Positions 15,553-24,949 of a stretch of 32,423 nucleotides of DNA are shown in pieces; positions within the stretch are counted from its first letter, which is position 1; each line of letters opens with the position of its first letter. A program made the translations under genes and the position numbers. A model generated the notes under the pieces. That model did not search any database. It saw nothing but the letters and a program-made list of their open reading frames with translations, and had not been told where the DNA came from. This DNA is from Candidatus Nomurabacteria bacterium (lineage in GTDB: Bacteria; Patescibacteriota; Minisyncoccia; Phycocordibacterales; UBA9973), in NCBI GenBank assembly GCA_009695015.1, contig SIBT01000002.1:1-32423 (forward strand), given 5' to 3'.

Positions 15553-17198
15553 ATATTTTTAACATTTCCTAAAATTTTATTGGCTTCAATATAATTTATC
15601 GGGCAAGCTACTAAGTGCACACCTTTAGAATTAAACGCTTTTTTTAATATTTTTTCAAGATCATTTGCCTTAGAGACTTTATGTCCAACAGCACCAAAAC
15701 TTTTAGCAAGTGACACCCAATCTGGATTATTAAATGAAAGTCCAAACAAAGGCAATTTCATATATTTTTGCTTCCAACGAATCATTCCAAAACCTGAATC
15801 GTCTAAGATAAGAACGACGAGGTCGATTTTTAAACGAACTGCTGTTTCTAATTCTCCAATACTCATCATTATACCTCCATCGCCAGCGACAACAAGGACT
15901 TTTTTATCAGGATACAATATATTGAGAGCTATACCAGAAGGTAGTCCTGCGCCCATAGTCGCGAGTGTATTATCTAAAAGCAAATTATTTCGTTCTTTCG
16001 TTAGGAGGTCACGAGAAAAATAAATCTTATACATACCATTGTCGAGCGCGAGCATTACGTCTTTCGTTAAAACTTTACTTATATCTGAAACGATGCGTTC
16101 TGGTCGAAGCGGAAAATTAATCGATTGCGCAAATTTAGCAATATCTTTTTTTAGAATATCTCGTACCTTAAAGAAATAATTGAAATCCCAACCAAGATTC
16201 ACTTTTATTTGCTTTGTGAATGATAAAAGAGTGCTCGAGATATTTCCGATGATTTCATGAGTCGGAATATAAACATCTGATGTAGTAGATGAAAAAAAAT
16301 TAACATGGATAATCTTACAGTTTGGAAAACTCTCAGAGGTTAAAATGATTGGTGGCGTGTTTATCACATCGTGTCCAATTAAAATAATTGCGTCTGCGCC
16401 ATGTAGTGCCTGATGAATATAATCCCCACTTTGTATAGCTGTAGTGCCGATATAAAGCGGAGAATTTTCGTCGAAAGCTCCTTTACCCATCTGAGTTGAA
16501 ATAAAAGGTATCTTTGTTTTTTCTAAAAATGTATGAAGTTCTTTATAAATTGGTTTTCTATTTGCGCCCGCACCCAAAATAATTATTGGATGCTTTGCTT
16601 TTTCAATTTCGTTTAGAGCTTCGCTGACAGCTTTTGTTTTTGCATTCTTATAATTAATTTGGACTGGAGACAAAACTTTTGTATCACATATTTCCTCTGC
16701 AATATCTTCAGGCAATTCTATGTGCACAGCACCTGGGCGCTCTGTTTCTGCTAAATTTATAGCTTCGCTCATTATACTTGGTGCGTGCTTGCCTAAGATA
16801 ATGGTTTTCGAATATTTTGTAATTGGCTTCATCATCGCTACAATATCAACAATCTGAAATTTTCCTTGTTTACTTTTTTTTATTGGCTTTTGTCCAGTGA
16901 TAACTAGAAGAGGAAAACCTCCGAGTTGCGCGTAAGCCACACCCGTGAGTAGATTCGTAGCTCCAGGACCCAAAGTAGAAAGCGCGACGCCGACTTTCCC
17001 AGTGAGTCTGCCAAAAGTAGCCGCCATAAATGCAGCCGAAGCTTCATGACGAGTAGTAATAAAAGTAATTTTTGATTTTCTAATTGCCTCAAGTAAAGCA
17101 AGAGTCTCTTCCCCTGCTACACCAAAAATATGAGAAACTCCATGCGCCTCTAAACATCCCACGAGCACTTCAGCAGTGTTTTTGGCTTTATCTATCAT
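15549..17198 (-). CDS. Thiamine-diphosphate enzyme of the acetolactate synthase (AlsS-like) / 2-oxoacid decarboxylase family
   Basis: 549 aa. The N-terminal Pyr domain is VGCLEAHGVSHIFGVAGEETL...TRHEASAAFMAATFGRLTGKVGVALSTLGPGATNL. The C-terminal ThDP/Mg motif is GDGGIMMSIGELETAV...ILDDSGFG. Substrate specificity cannot be told from sequence alone. Confidence 0.8.
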   Translation of the reverse strand: MIDKAKNTAEVLVGCLEAHGVSHIFGVAGEETLALLEAIRKSKITFITTRHEASAAFMAATFGRLTGKVGVALSTLGPGATNLLTGVAYAQLGGFPLLVITGQKPIKKSKQGKFQIVDIVAMMKPITKYSKTIILGKHAPSIMSEAINLAETERPGAVHIELPEDIAEEICDTKVLSPVQINYKNAKTKAVSEALNEIEKAKHPIIILGAGANRKPIYKELHTFLEKTKIPFISTQMGKGAFDENSPLYIGTTAIQSGDYIHQALHGADAIILIGHDVINTPPIILTSESFPNCKIIHVNFFSSTTSDVYIPTHEIIGNISSTLLSFTKQIKVNLGWDFNYFFKVRDILKKDIAKFAQSINFPLRPERIVSDISKVLTKDVMLALDNGMYKIYFSRDLLTKERNNLLLDNTLATMGAGLPSGIALNILYPDKKVLVVAGDGGIMMSIGELETAVRLKIDLVVLILDDSGFGMIRWKQKYMKLPLFGLSFNNPDWVSLAKSFGAVGHKVSKANDLEKILKKAFNSKGVHLVACPINYIEANKILGNVKNI

Positions 17199-17307
17199 TT
17201 TGCAGATAACGCCATTTTTTCCTTCCTTCTAAAGACATGTTTTTATATTAACACATTTATTAAAAAACTGGGAAATGAGTAAGTTACAGAGAAAAGTTTT
17301 AACTAAA

Positions 17308-17380
17308 GGCGGGCCCACGAGGAATCGAACCTCGGTCTTTCCTTTTGGAGAGGAAAATTCTACCGCTAAACTATGGACCC
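17308..17380 (-). tRNA. tRNA-Trp (anticodon CCA)
   Basis: Manual fold of GGGTCCATAGTTTAGCGGTAGAATTTTCCTCTCCAAAAGGAAAGACCGAGGTTCGATTCCTCGTGGGCCCGCC. The anticodon arm is TTCCT-CTCCAAA-AGGAA. The T arm is CGAGG-TTCGATT-CCTCG. Only CC of the CCA end is encoded. Confidence 0.9.
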
Positions 17381-17397
17381 AAAAAAAACTACATACC

Positions 17398-17418
17398 AAA
17401 AAACGACCCTATTGGTCG
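17398..17418 (-). terminator. Weak rho-independent terminator after rpmG
   Basis: The minus strand reads cgacc-aatag-ggtcg followed by TTTTTT. The stem is only 5 bp. Confidence 0.35.
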
Positions 17419-17447
17419 CTTCAGTATAACAGAAAAGTAGTAAAAAT

Positions 17448-17606
17448 CTACTTCTTGATCTCTTTATGCTTCGTCTGCTTTCGGCACCATTTGCAATACT
17501 TTTTAAGCTCGATTTTTTTAGTAACGAGTTTTTTGTTTTTACTGGACCAGTAATTTATACGTTTACAGGTTCCGCAGGCAAGTTTTATAAGTCTATCTTG
17601 TGACAT
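17448..17606 (-). CDS. rpmG: 50S ribosomal protein L33
   Basis: Own translation (52 aa, below the ORF-track cutoff): MSQDRLIKLACGTCKRINYWSSKNKKLVTKKIELKKYCKWCRKQTKHKEIKK. It has the CxxC...CxxC L33 zinc-ribbon pattern. Confidence 0.85.
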   Translation of the reverse strand: MSQDRLIKLACGTCKRINYWSSKNKKLVTKKIELKKYCKWCRKQTKHKEIKK

Positions 17607-17718
17607 GACTCTATATTAATATAGAATTTACCGAAAAGCAATACTGAATTAAATTTAAAAACACTATCCACCATCTCGCACATATATAAAAGATAGTAGG
17701 TAAGATATGATGTAAGGT

Positions 17719-18543
17719 TTATATTTTTACTCCTTTCGTTTTAATTTTTTTATTTAATAAAATACTCGCCACTTTAGAAAATTCTTTAGAATCTCCGGTA
17801 GTAAAATACTTATTTTTTCCAAGCTTTTTCTGTGCATTTTTCATAAATTTATTTTTAAGGAGTGAACTGGTGTGTCTCGAGATAGCCTTTCCACTATCTA
17901 AAAGTTTTACCCGCGAACCAACTATTTTTCGAATACTTTTTTTCAGAAATGGATAGTGTGTACAACCCAAGACAAGATAATCAGCATCAGAATTTTTAAT
18001 TTTTTCCAAATATTTTAGAAGCAGATTATCTATGTTTGGATTATCAAAATTTCCTGTTTCCACGGCATTCTCTAGATTTTTACAATCAATATTAAGCACC
18101 TCTAAATTTTCACAATTATCTCTAATTAAATCTTTTAGGGCTTCGCTTTGCGAGGTCGAAGGAGTGGAAATAACTGCGATAGTTCCGGAACGCGTTTTCT
18201 CGGCCGCTACTTTGATCGCTGGCACTGTGCCGATAATTGGAAACGAATATTTTTCTCGAAGTTCATTGATCGTGCCACAAGTAGCAGTATTGCACGCCAC
18301 GACCATCATTTTTATATTATGGTGCTCTATAAAATAATCAGTGATTCTATAGACCAGCTTTATAAGTTCTTTTTTACTTTTTTCTCCGTATGGTACGTAC
18401 TTTTGATCAGCTAAAAACACAAAATTTTCATTTGGCAGCGTTTTTTGTAACTCTTTAAGTATAGAAAGACCTCCGACACCAGAATCAAAGACTCCAATCG
18501 ATTTACTTCCTTTTTTATTTTTTGTGTTTTTATTGGCCGGCAT
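17719..18543 (-). CDS. murI: Glutamate racemase
   Basis: 274 aa. Matches are IGVFDSGVGGLSILKEL, VVACNTAT (first catalytic Cys) and LVLGCTHYPFL (second catalytic Cys). Confidence 0.9.
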   Translation of the reverse strand: MPANKNTKNKKGSKSIGVFDSGVGGLSILKELQKTLPNENFVFLADQKYVPYGEKSKKELIKLVYRITDYFIEHHNIKMMVVACNTATCGTINELREKYSFPIIGTVPAIKVAAEKTRSGTIAVISTPSTSQSEALKDLIRDNCENLEVLNIDCKNLENAVETGNFDNPNIDNLLLKYLEKIKNSDADYLVLGCTHYPFLKKSIRKIVGSRVKLLDSGKAISRHTSSLLKNKFMKNAQKKLGKNKYFTTGDSKEFSKVASILLNKKIKTKGVKI

Positions 18544-18547
18544 GATT

Positions 18548-19516
18548 TTAGCTCACTGTTGTTTTTAATTTTTGTTCTTTTTCGAATCTTTCTACGGCCA
18601 ACTCGATTAATCTGTCGAGGAGTTTAGATTGCTTTATTCCACTCGCATCCCATAATTTTGGATACATACTTATATCTGTGAATCCAGGTATAGTATTTAT
18701 CTCATTCACAAAAATTTCCCCATTTTTTTTAACAAAAGAATCCACACGCCCCAGACCTTCACAGTTAAGTGTTTGAAATGTTTTTATGGCCAACTCTTGA
18801 ACTTTCTCACTTATATTTTTAGGTATTTTTGCTGGAATTTCTACAACATACCCTTCATCAATATATTTTGCATTGTATGAATAAAATTCTTGATTCGCAA
18901 TAATTTCTCCAGGAATAGATGCAAGAGGTGTATCATTACCGAGTACAGCACATTCAACTTCACGACCATCTATGAATTCTTCGATTATTATTTTCGTATC
19001 AAACTTGAACGCTTCCTTAATGGCTTTAATGAACTCTTCTTCATTTCTTACTTTACTTACTCCGACGGATGATCCCATATTTGCTGGTTTGATAAAAAGT
19101 GGGAGACCAAGTTTTCTTTTTATTATACCAAAATCTGTTTGCTGAAAATCTCTCAAAGTAATAAATTTCCCTATAGGAATACCTGCTTCTCGTAAAAGTC
19201 TTTTCATTACATCTTTATCCATACCCACTGCAGACCCTAAAACACCTGCACCCACAAAAGGCACCTCAGAGAGCTTAAGTAATCCTTGAATACTGCCATC
19301 TTCTCCAAATGGTCCATGTAGAACAGGGAAAATAACATCAACTTTTTTTACTGAAGAAAAATTAAATTGACCAGTTTTTTTTATTTTAATCGGAAATACC
19401 TGATACTTTTTTTTATCTAATGCTTTAATAATATTTTTTGCAGAATTTATAGAAACTTCATGTTCTGCAGATTTTCCCCCAAAAAGTACCCCTATTTTTA
19501 GTTTCTTTTTTGCCAT
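18548..19516 (-). CDS. ddl: D-alanine--D-alanine ligase
   Basis: 322 aa. Matches are GVLFGGKSAEHEVSINSA, HGPFGEDGSIQGLL and the ATP-grasp C-terminus NEINTIPGFT. Confidence 0.95.
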   Translation of the reverse strand: MAKKKLKIGVLFGGKSAEHEVSINSAKNIIKALDKKKYQVFPIKIKKTGQFNFSSVKKVDVIFPVLHGPFGEDGSIQGLLKLSEVPFVGAGVLGSAVGMDKDVMKRLLREAGIPIGKFITLRDFQQTDFGIIKRKLGLPLFIKPANMGSSVGVSKVRNEEEFIKAIKEAFKFDTKIIIEEFIDGREVECAVLGNDTPLASIPGEIIANQEFYSYNAKYIDEGYVVEIPAKIPKNISEKVQELAIKTFQTLNCEGLGRVDSFVKKNGEIFVNEINTIPGFTDISMYPKLWDASGIKQSKLLDRLIELAVERFEKEQKLKTTVS

Positions 19517-19534
19517 TTGCCCAGTATAACATTT

Positions 19535-20263
19535 TTATAATATCGCGCTATTTATATCCTTTGGCGTAGTAGTTAAATTTTTATATCCAGTCTCGGTGAT
19601 TAAAATCATATCTTCTATCCGCACTCCGCCAAAACCTTTGAAATATAACCCCGGCTCTATGGTCATCACGCACCCTATCGGAATAATGTCATCACTTTTT
19701 GGTTTGAAATTTGGCCATTCATGAATGACTGTGCCTACTCCATGCCCTAAGCCATGCAGAAAGTTTTTCTTATTCTTTTTGCCATACTTTTTATCCAAAA
19801 ATCCTCGCGCCGCTTTATCTATAATTTTCGCTCTTCTTTCTTTGGTCGAAATTTTTTTCAAAGCGAGCTCTTGAGCTTTTAAGACATCTATATAAATTTC
19901 CTTCTGCCTAGTATTGGGTTCTCCCCAAAAATAAGTGCGAGTCATGTCTGAACAATAATGGTTGATCGTGCAACCAAAATCAAACATGACTATATCTCCT
20001 TTCTTTAGTTTAGTTTTATTGGGTTCATGATGAATATTTGCTGTGTTTTTACCAAAAGAGACAATCGGTGGAAAAGATAAAATATGCGCTCCATATTTAG
20101 CAAACTTACCAGTGATAAACTGGGCGATAGTAATCTCTGTCACTCCTGATTTTAATTTCTTTAAAACATTTCCGAGTACTCGCTCACTAATTCTTTGCGC
20201 AGTAATTATATTCGCAATTTCTTTTTTATTTTTAACAGCTCGAACTTCGTGAATAAGTTTCAT
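19535..20263 (-). CDS. M24-family metallopeptidase (Xaa-Pro aminopeptidase-like, catalytic domain only)
   Basis: 242 aa. Pita-bread fold metal ligand motifs are present: DFGCTINHYCSDMTRT, HGLGHGVGTVIHEWP, IEPGLY and RIEDMI. Confidence 0.8.
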   Translation of the reverse strand: MKLIHEVRAVKNKKEIANIITAQRISERVLGNVLKKLKSGVTEITIAQFITGKFAKYGAHILSFPPIVSFGKNTANIHHEPNKTKLKKGDIVMFDFGCTINHYCSDMTRTYFWGEPNTRQKEIYIDVLKAQELALKKISTKERRAKIIDKAARGFLDKKYGKKNKKNFLHGLGHGVGTVIHEWPNFKPKSDDIIPIGCVMTIEPGLYFKGFGGVRIEDMILITETGYKNLTTTPKDINSAIL

Positions 20264-20291
20264 TTTAATAAGGAGAGGGGCTGGGAAGAGG

Positions 20292-21392
20292 TCAAAACAA
20301 TTTGATCACATCATGATAAGTGACCACAAGCATGAGAAGAATTAAAATACCAAAACCAATCATATTGGCAGTGTTGGCAAATTTTGGATTCATTCGCGAA
20401 CCTTTTATTTTTTCAATAAGTAGAAAGAAAAGTCTACCACCGTCGAGCGCCGGAAATGGAAGCAAATTTATTATTGCCAAATTGACCGAAATAAGCGCCG
20501 CAAAAGAAAGAAGATAAATAAAGCCAAATTCATAAGCATCACCCACGATACTCACTAACCCTACAGGGCCGGTTATTGATTCAAAACTACCATGACCCTG
20601 AACACTATCAGCTATAAGCGTATAGAGCCCCACCACTGTACTTGTAGCTACAAACCACGTTAATGACAGTCCCTCTTTAAAAGCTATAAAAAATGGCAAT
20701 TTAGCGATACCAATCATATCCATAGCTATGCCTATCTTCGGTTCACCACCTTTTTTCTCTACAGATGGAATAATACTAACTGAATTAATTGTTGTATTTT
20801 TTCCACGCATATATCCGATCTCTATTTTTTTATCATTGTGAGAAAGTACAAAAGATTTTAGAGTATCTGGATTTATATCTAAAACAGAATCTTTACCACT
20901 CGAAAGATTTACAATCTTATCGCCAGATTTTAATCCCGCAATTTCAGCTGGAGATTTTGGAAAAACAGATACTACAACTGTATGAACATCTTTAAGCGCG
21001 TAGCCTTTTACTTCACTTCCGAGCGAGGTAGGTAGCCCTGACATAAATCCAATAGAAAATAAAAACCAAGCAAGTAAAAAATTTGCAAATACTCCAGCGA
21101 AGAGGACTATCGCTTGTTTCCATTTTGCTTTATTCACAAAACTTCTTTCTTTATCCGGACCATTTGTATTTTCATCATCTGGATTCTCACCAAATATTTT
21201 TACAAACCCGCCAAGCGGTAAAAGATTGAAAGTATATTCTGTCTCCCCATATTTTTTACCAAACAATTTCGGCGGAAAACCAAAACCAAATTCATCCACT
21301 CGTATTCCAAACTTTTTTGCAGTAAAAAAATGTCCAAACTCGTGAACAACAACTAGTACTAATAAAATTATAAGAAAAATTAAAATATTCAT
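20292..21392 (-). CDS. rseP: Site-2 (RIP) zinc metalloprotease RseP/M50 with a PDZ domain
   Basis: 366 aa. The HExxH motif lies in a TM helix (VVHEFGHFFTAKKFG). A PDZ-like segment (PAEIAGLKSGDKI) and the NLLPFPALDGGR motif are present. Confidence 0.88.
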   Translation of the reverse strand: MNILIFLIILLVLVVVHEFGHFFTAKKFGIRVDEFGFGFPPKLFGKKYGETEYTFNLLPLGGFVKIFGENPDDENTNGPDKERSFVNKAKWKQAIVLFAGVFANFLLAWFLFSIGFMSGLPTSLGSEVKGYALKDVHTVVVSVFPKSPAEIAGLKSGDKIVNLSSGKDSVLDINPDTLKSFVLSHNDKKIEIGYMRGKNTTINSVSIIPSVEKKGGEPKIGIAMDMIGIAKLPFFIAFKEGLSLTWFVATSTVVGLYTLIADSVQGHGSFESITGPVGLVSIVGDAYEFGFIYLLSFAALISVNLAIINLLPFPALDGGRLFFLLIEKIKGSRMNPKFANTANMIGFGILILLMLVVTYHDVIKLF

Positions 21393-21406
21393 AAAATTAC
21401 ATCACC

Positions 21407-21958
21407 TCATCCCATTACTTCTTTCTGCTTTTTTTCAAAACTTGCCTCCAAATTTTTATTTGCTTCGTCAATAATTTTTTGCAATTCTTCTTTGGCGCGG
21501 AATTTTTCATCTTCAGTCAGCTTGCCTTCTTTCTCTTTTGCTTGCACATCTTCCCAAATGCGTTCGCGTTCGCGGCGTACGGTGATCCTCTGTTCTTCTA
21601 ATTTTTCTCGCAACACTTTTACCAGATTCTGCCTAGTTTCGGTAGTTAATTGAGGAAAAATAACTCGGATACCTAAGTCATCGGTAGCAACCGAAAGCCC
21701 TAAATTTGAAATATTTATAGCCTTTTCTATATCTTTAATTTGGCTCTTATCCCAAGGGGCTACACGAAGAGTCTTTGGATCTTCAATGGAGATATTTGCC
21801 ACATTTTTAAGTGGAACACGTGAACCGTATGTCTCTACAGAGACACCGTCGAGTACCATAGGCGAAGCTCGACCAATGTTTAATTGACTATATTCTTTAC
21901 CCAAAAATTCTCCTACTTTTTTGAGTTCGGTCTTAAAATTCGAAAAATTATATTGCAT
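21407..21958 (-). CDS. frr: Ribosome recycling factor
   Basis: 183 aa. The typical Frr pattern is seen: GRASPMVLDGVSVETYGSRVPLKNVANISIEDPKTL and RRERERIWEDVQAKEKEGKLTEDE. Confidence 0.95.
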   Translation of the reverse strand: MQYNFSNFKTELKKVGEFLGKEYSQLNIGRASPMVLDGVSVETYGSRVPLKNVANISIEDPKTLRVAPWDKSQIKDIEKAINISNLGLSVATDDLGIRVIFPQLTTETRQNLVKVLREKLEEQRITVRRERERIWEDVQAKEKEGKLTEDEKFRAKEELQKIIDEANKNLEASFEKKQKEVMG

Positions 21959-21981
21959 TTATATATTGTATCATTGAAGTG

Positions 21982-22698
21982 TTAATTTTTCAAAACGGGT
22001 ATAATTAAGGCCACTGACTCCATCAAAGTCTTTGCTGAGCTTCCGGGCATGCGCAAAAATTCTCGGACTTTAAAAAAATGTTCAATATAACTAATATCGA
22101 AATGTTTCTTTGACACAGATTGTCGGTGTAGAAAAAATTCAAGTGTATTTAAAAACTTCAAGGCTTTTGAGCGAGAGGAGTCTAGAGTAACAATTTCATT
22201 GCCCTCTTCATTCTCTTCTTCCGATTCTGCCAATAATTCTTTTACAAAATCGATCCTATCTTTTAGAGACATATTGATAAATTTTTCGGCGTTTCTGATT
22301 TCCGTTGGCGTTTTTTCTCTAATTAAATAAAACCTAGAGACTAGAGTTTTTAAAAGAGAATTTGAATCCGGTACAATTACAAAAAAATGAGTGTTCTCTA
22401 TCGGTTCTTCAAATATCTTGAGGAGACTATTTTGTGCCTCCAATAAAAAATTGTTGGCAGAAATTATGAATATTTTTTTAGAAGAAGAAAAACTTTTCTC
22501 TGTCGTATATGATTTTAAATTGCGCGCGTCTTCAATTTTAAAATTATCAATCGAAATATGAGAAACATCGGGATTGCCGACAATTTTGATTTTTAAATCT
22601 TCACAGAATTTTAAAATTTCAGGCACTATTTCGTCTCGATTTCCCTCTATCAAATATGCATGGTGTAAATTATTTTTATTCAAGTGTTTTGAAATCAT
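21982..22698 (-). CDS. holB: DNA polymerase III delta'-like clamp-loader subunit (short form)
   Basis: 238 aa. HHAYLIEG takes the position of the degenerate Walker A. An AAA-like core includes LLKIFEEP and TLVSRF (SRC-like). It is shorter than classical HolB. Confidence 0.65.
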   Translation of the reverse strand: MISKHLNKNNLHHAYLIEGNRDEIVPEILKFCEDLKIKIVGNPDVSHISIDNFKIEDARNLKSYTTEKSFSSSKKIFIISANNFLLEAQNSLLKIFEEPIENTHFFVIVPDSNSLLKTLVSRFYLIREKTPTEIRNAEKFINMSLKDRIDFVKELLAESEEENEEGNEIVTLDSSRSKALKFLNTLEFFLHRQSVSKKHFDISYIEHFFKVREFLRMPGSSAKTLMESVALIIPVLKN

Positions 22699-22798
22699 GT
22701 TTTTAAAAAAATAATTAGTTTTAATTTTTTAGAATGGTCTGGCTGGTGGAGGGACCCAGGGAACAGAGGACCTTATAAAAAATTGAAAAATAATTATT

Positions 22799-23812
22799 TT
22801 ACTTCTTGCTTAACACTGTCTTTTTATAAACATCCAAATGCTCCAGTGCTATGCCTGTGCCTTTAACCACACAAAAAAGCGGATCTTCGGCCAAAGTCGC
22901 TTTCACCCCCGTTTTCCGATAAACTAAATCAGTAAAATTTCGCAGTTGAGATGACCCGCCCGTCATAATAATGCCTTGATCTATGATGTCCGAAGCAAGT
23001 TCGGGTGGAGTTTCTTGTAATACATCCTTTATTGCTTTTATTATTTGTTTCAATTCTCCGTCGATGGCTTTAACTATTTCATTGGTTCCTACTCGAGCAG
23101 ACCTTGGCAAACCTTGAATAAAATCTCTTCCTTTAATCGTCACAGTTAGTTCTTCTTCTAAGAGCACCGCCGCGCCAATTTTTATTTTTACTTCTTCGGC
23201 AGTTCTATCACCGATAGCTAAATTAAAAGTTTTTTTAATGTAATCAGCGATCGCTTGATCTATTTTATTTCCTGCGCATTTCACAGACGTCGAAGAGACA
23301 ATTCCTCCGAGCGATATTACGGCCACATCCGTCGTTCCTCCGCCAATGTCCACTACCATATGACCTCTCGATTCATAAATCGGTATTCCTGCACCAATGG
23401 CTGCCAAAATAGGCTCTTTGACCACATAAGCATTTTTTGCGCCTGCACGAATAGTGGCTTCGATGACAGCTCTACGCTCCGTACTCGTCACCCCCGCCGG
23501 GACGGAAACCATCACATCCGGTTTAAAGAAATTAAATTTCCCCATCGCTTTATTTATAAAATAACGAAGCATTGCTTCAGTCATTCGATAATCCGCAATC
23601 ACGCCGTCTTTCATCGGACAGTAAGTAATAATAGATTCTGGGGTTTTTCCGATCATGTCTTTAGCTTCAAACCCAATAGCTAAGATTTTATTATCTTGTT
23701 CAGAAACTGCCACGACAGAAGGTTCATTTAAAATGATTCCTTTGCCCGGCAAAAACACTAGAGTATTTGCCGTTCCTAAATCTATTCCTAATTTTTTTGT
23801 GAAAATCCCCAT
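22799..23812 (-). CDS. mreB: Rod shape-determining protein MreB (actin homologue)
   Basis: 337 aa. Matches are GIDLGTANTLVF, VVDIGGGTTDVAVISLGGIV and MTGGSSQLRNF. Confidence 0.95.
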   Translation of the reverse strand: MGIFTKKLGIDLGTANTLVFLPGKGIILNEPSVVAVSEQDNKILAIGFEAKDMIGKTPESIITYCPMKDGVIADYRMTEAMLRYFINKAMGKFNFFKPDVMVSVPAGVTSTERRAVIEATIRAGAKNAYVVKEPILAAIGAGIPIYESRGHMVVDIGGGTTDVAVISLGGIVSSTSVKCAGNKIDQAIADYIKKTFNLAIGDRTAEEVKIKIGAAVLLEEELTVTIKGRDFIQGLPRSARVGTNEIVKAIDGELKQIIKAIKDVLQETPPELASDIIDQGIIMTGGSSQLRNFTDLVYRKTGVKATLAEDPLFCVVKGTGIALEHLDVYKKTVLSKK

Positions 23813-23849
23813 AAAGCTTATGTTATCATATTTGTGCTAAAATAAAAGG

Positions 23850-24173
23850 ATGGAAGATACCACTGAAAAAGACCTAGAAAATCCATTTAAAGGCTATCTA
23901 GCAAACTTAAAAAAACACAAACAAGCTATAAATCCTGTTCATGAAATTGTAAATTGCTATTACAAAATGAATGGTTGGGAAAAAATGCCGAAAGAATTTT
24001 ATAAAGGAAGGTATGAATATAGGAAACTCGCAAGTGAAGCAAAAAAATTATATCAAGCTTGCAATGAAGTATTAGACGATTCGATCTGGGCGCTCGATAA
24101 AATGAAATATTTGGCAAACAAGGGAGGTTTCGATTGGTCTATCATTACTTGCTTGAAACACGAGCTAAAATAA
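23850..24173 (+). CDS. Hypothetical protein (107 aa), the only plus-strand ORF in a ~17 kb minus-strand block
   Basis: ATG start preceded by aaaagga. I recognise no motif. Coding status rests on ORF length and position in an otherwise empty gap. Confidence 0.5.
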   Translation: MEDTTEKDLENPFKGYLANLKKHKQAINPVHEIVNCYYKMNGWEKMPKEFYKGRYEYRKLASEAKKLYQACNEVLDDSIWALDKMKYLANKGGFDWSIITCLKHELK

Positions 24174-24188
24174 ATAGTTTTAATTTTT

Positions 24189-24887
24189 TTAATATGACAC
24201 TATCACAGTAAACTCCCCTCTTTGTTTATCTAGATTTTTATTAAAATATTCTAAAATTTCCGCCGGGCTTCCAGTTTTAAATTCTTCATAAATTTTTGTC
24301 AGTTCTCTCGCGATACAAACTTTTTTTATTGGACAAAATTTAATTAGGGATTCTAAAGTTTTTAAAATCCTATGAGGGGATTCGTAAAAAACAAAAGTAC
24401 GTTTGGCTTCTGCAATTTCTTTAAATAAAGTTTCTCTACCTTTTTTGTGCGGCAAAAAACCGAGAAATGTGAATTCGTGCGTCGGCAGTCCCGATGCCGA
24501 AAGAGCAGCGATAACAGCCGAAGGGCCGGGAATCGGAATAATTTGCACAGCTTCAGCAAGGACTACCTTTGCTGAATTAAAGTGTTCTTTTATTTTAGAG
24601 ACGAGCATTGCCCCCGGATCTGATATTGTAGGCGTGCCAGCATCAGAAACTAATGCAAGATTTTTACCTTCTTGTAACAACTTTAAAATTTTGTCTATTT
24701 TTGATAATTTACTATGAGTATGGTAGCTCATAGTTTCTTTTTTTATACCATACTTATCTAAAATTTTTTTAGTTTGCCGTGTATCTTCGCATAGAATAAT
24801 ATCAACATTCTTCAATATCTCAATAGCTCGTATAGTTATATCTCCCATATTCCCGATCGGCGTCGCAACCACGTAAAATTTAGACAT
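24189..24887 (-). CDS. rsmI: 16S rRNA (cytidine1402-2'-O)-methyltransferase
   Basis: The tetrapyrrole-methylase-fold N-terminus is MSKFYVVATPIGNMGDITIRAIEILKNVDIILCEDTR. LVSDAGTPTISDPG and FYESPHR are present. ATG 24887 is preferred over the longer track ORF (24920). Confidence 0.9.
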   Translation of the reverse strand: MSKFYVVATPIGNMGDITIRAIEILKNVDIILCEDTRQTKKILDKYGIKKETMSYHTHSKLSKIDKILKLLQEGKNLALVSDAGTPTISDPGAMLVSKIKEHFNSAKVVLAEAVQIIPIPGPSAVIAALSASGLPTHEFTFLGFLPHKKGRETLFKEIAEAKRTFVFYESPHRILKTLESLIKFCPIKKVCIARELTKIYEEFKTGSPAEILEYFNKNLDKQRGEFTVIVSY

Positions 24888-24949
24888 AGATATTAATCTA
24901 TATACATCATAGACCTTCAATATTTATAGTCAAGTTACTATTCTTTAAA

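Noticed and set aside
17275-17553. 92-aa plus-strand ORF
   Set aside because: It runs antisense through tRNA-Trp and rpmG, both well supported. It is a low-complexity, hydrophobic shadow frame.
17609-17626. 16-bp AT-only palindrome tctatattaatataga upstream of rpmG
   Set aside because: It is pure A/T-rich sequence in an AT-rich intergenic region, and no associated DNA-binding gene is nearby. It is likely chance or part of a promoter, and not separately supportable.
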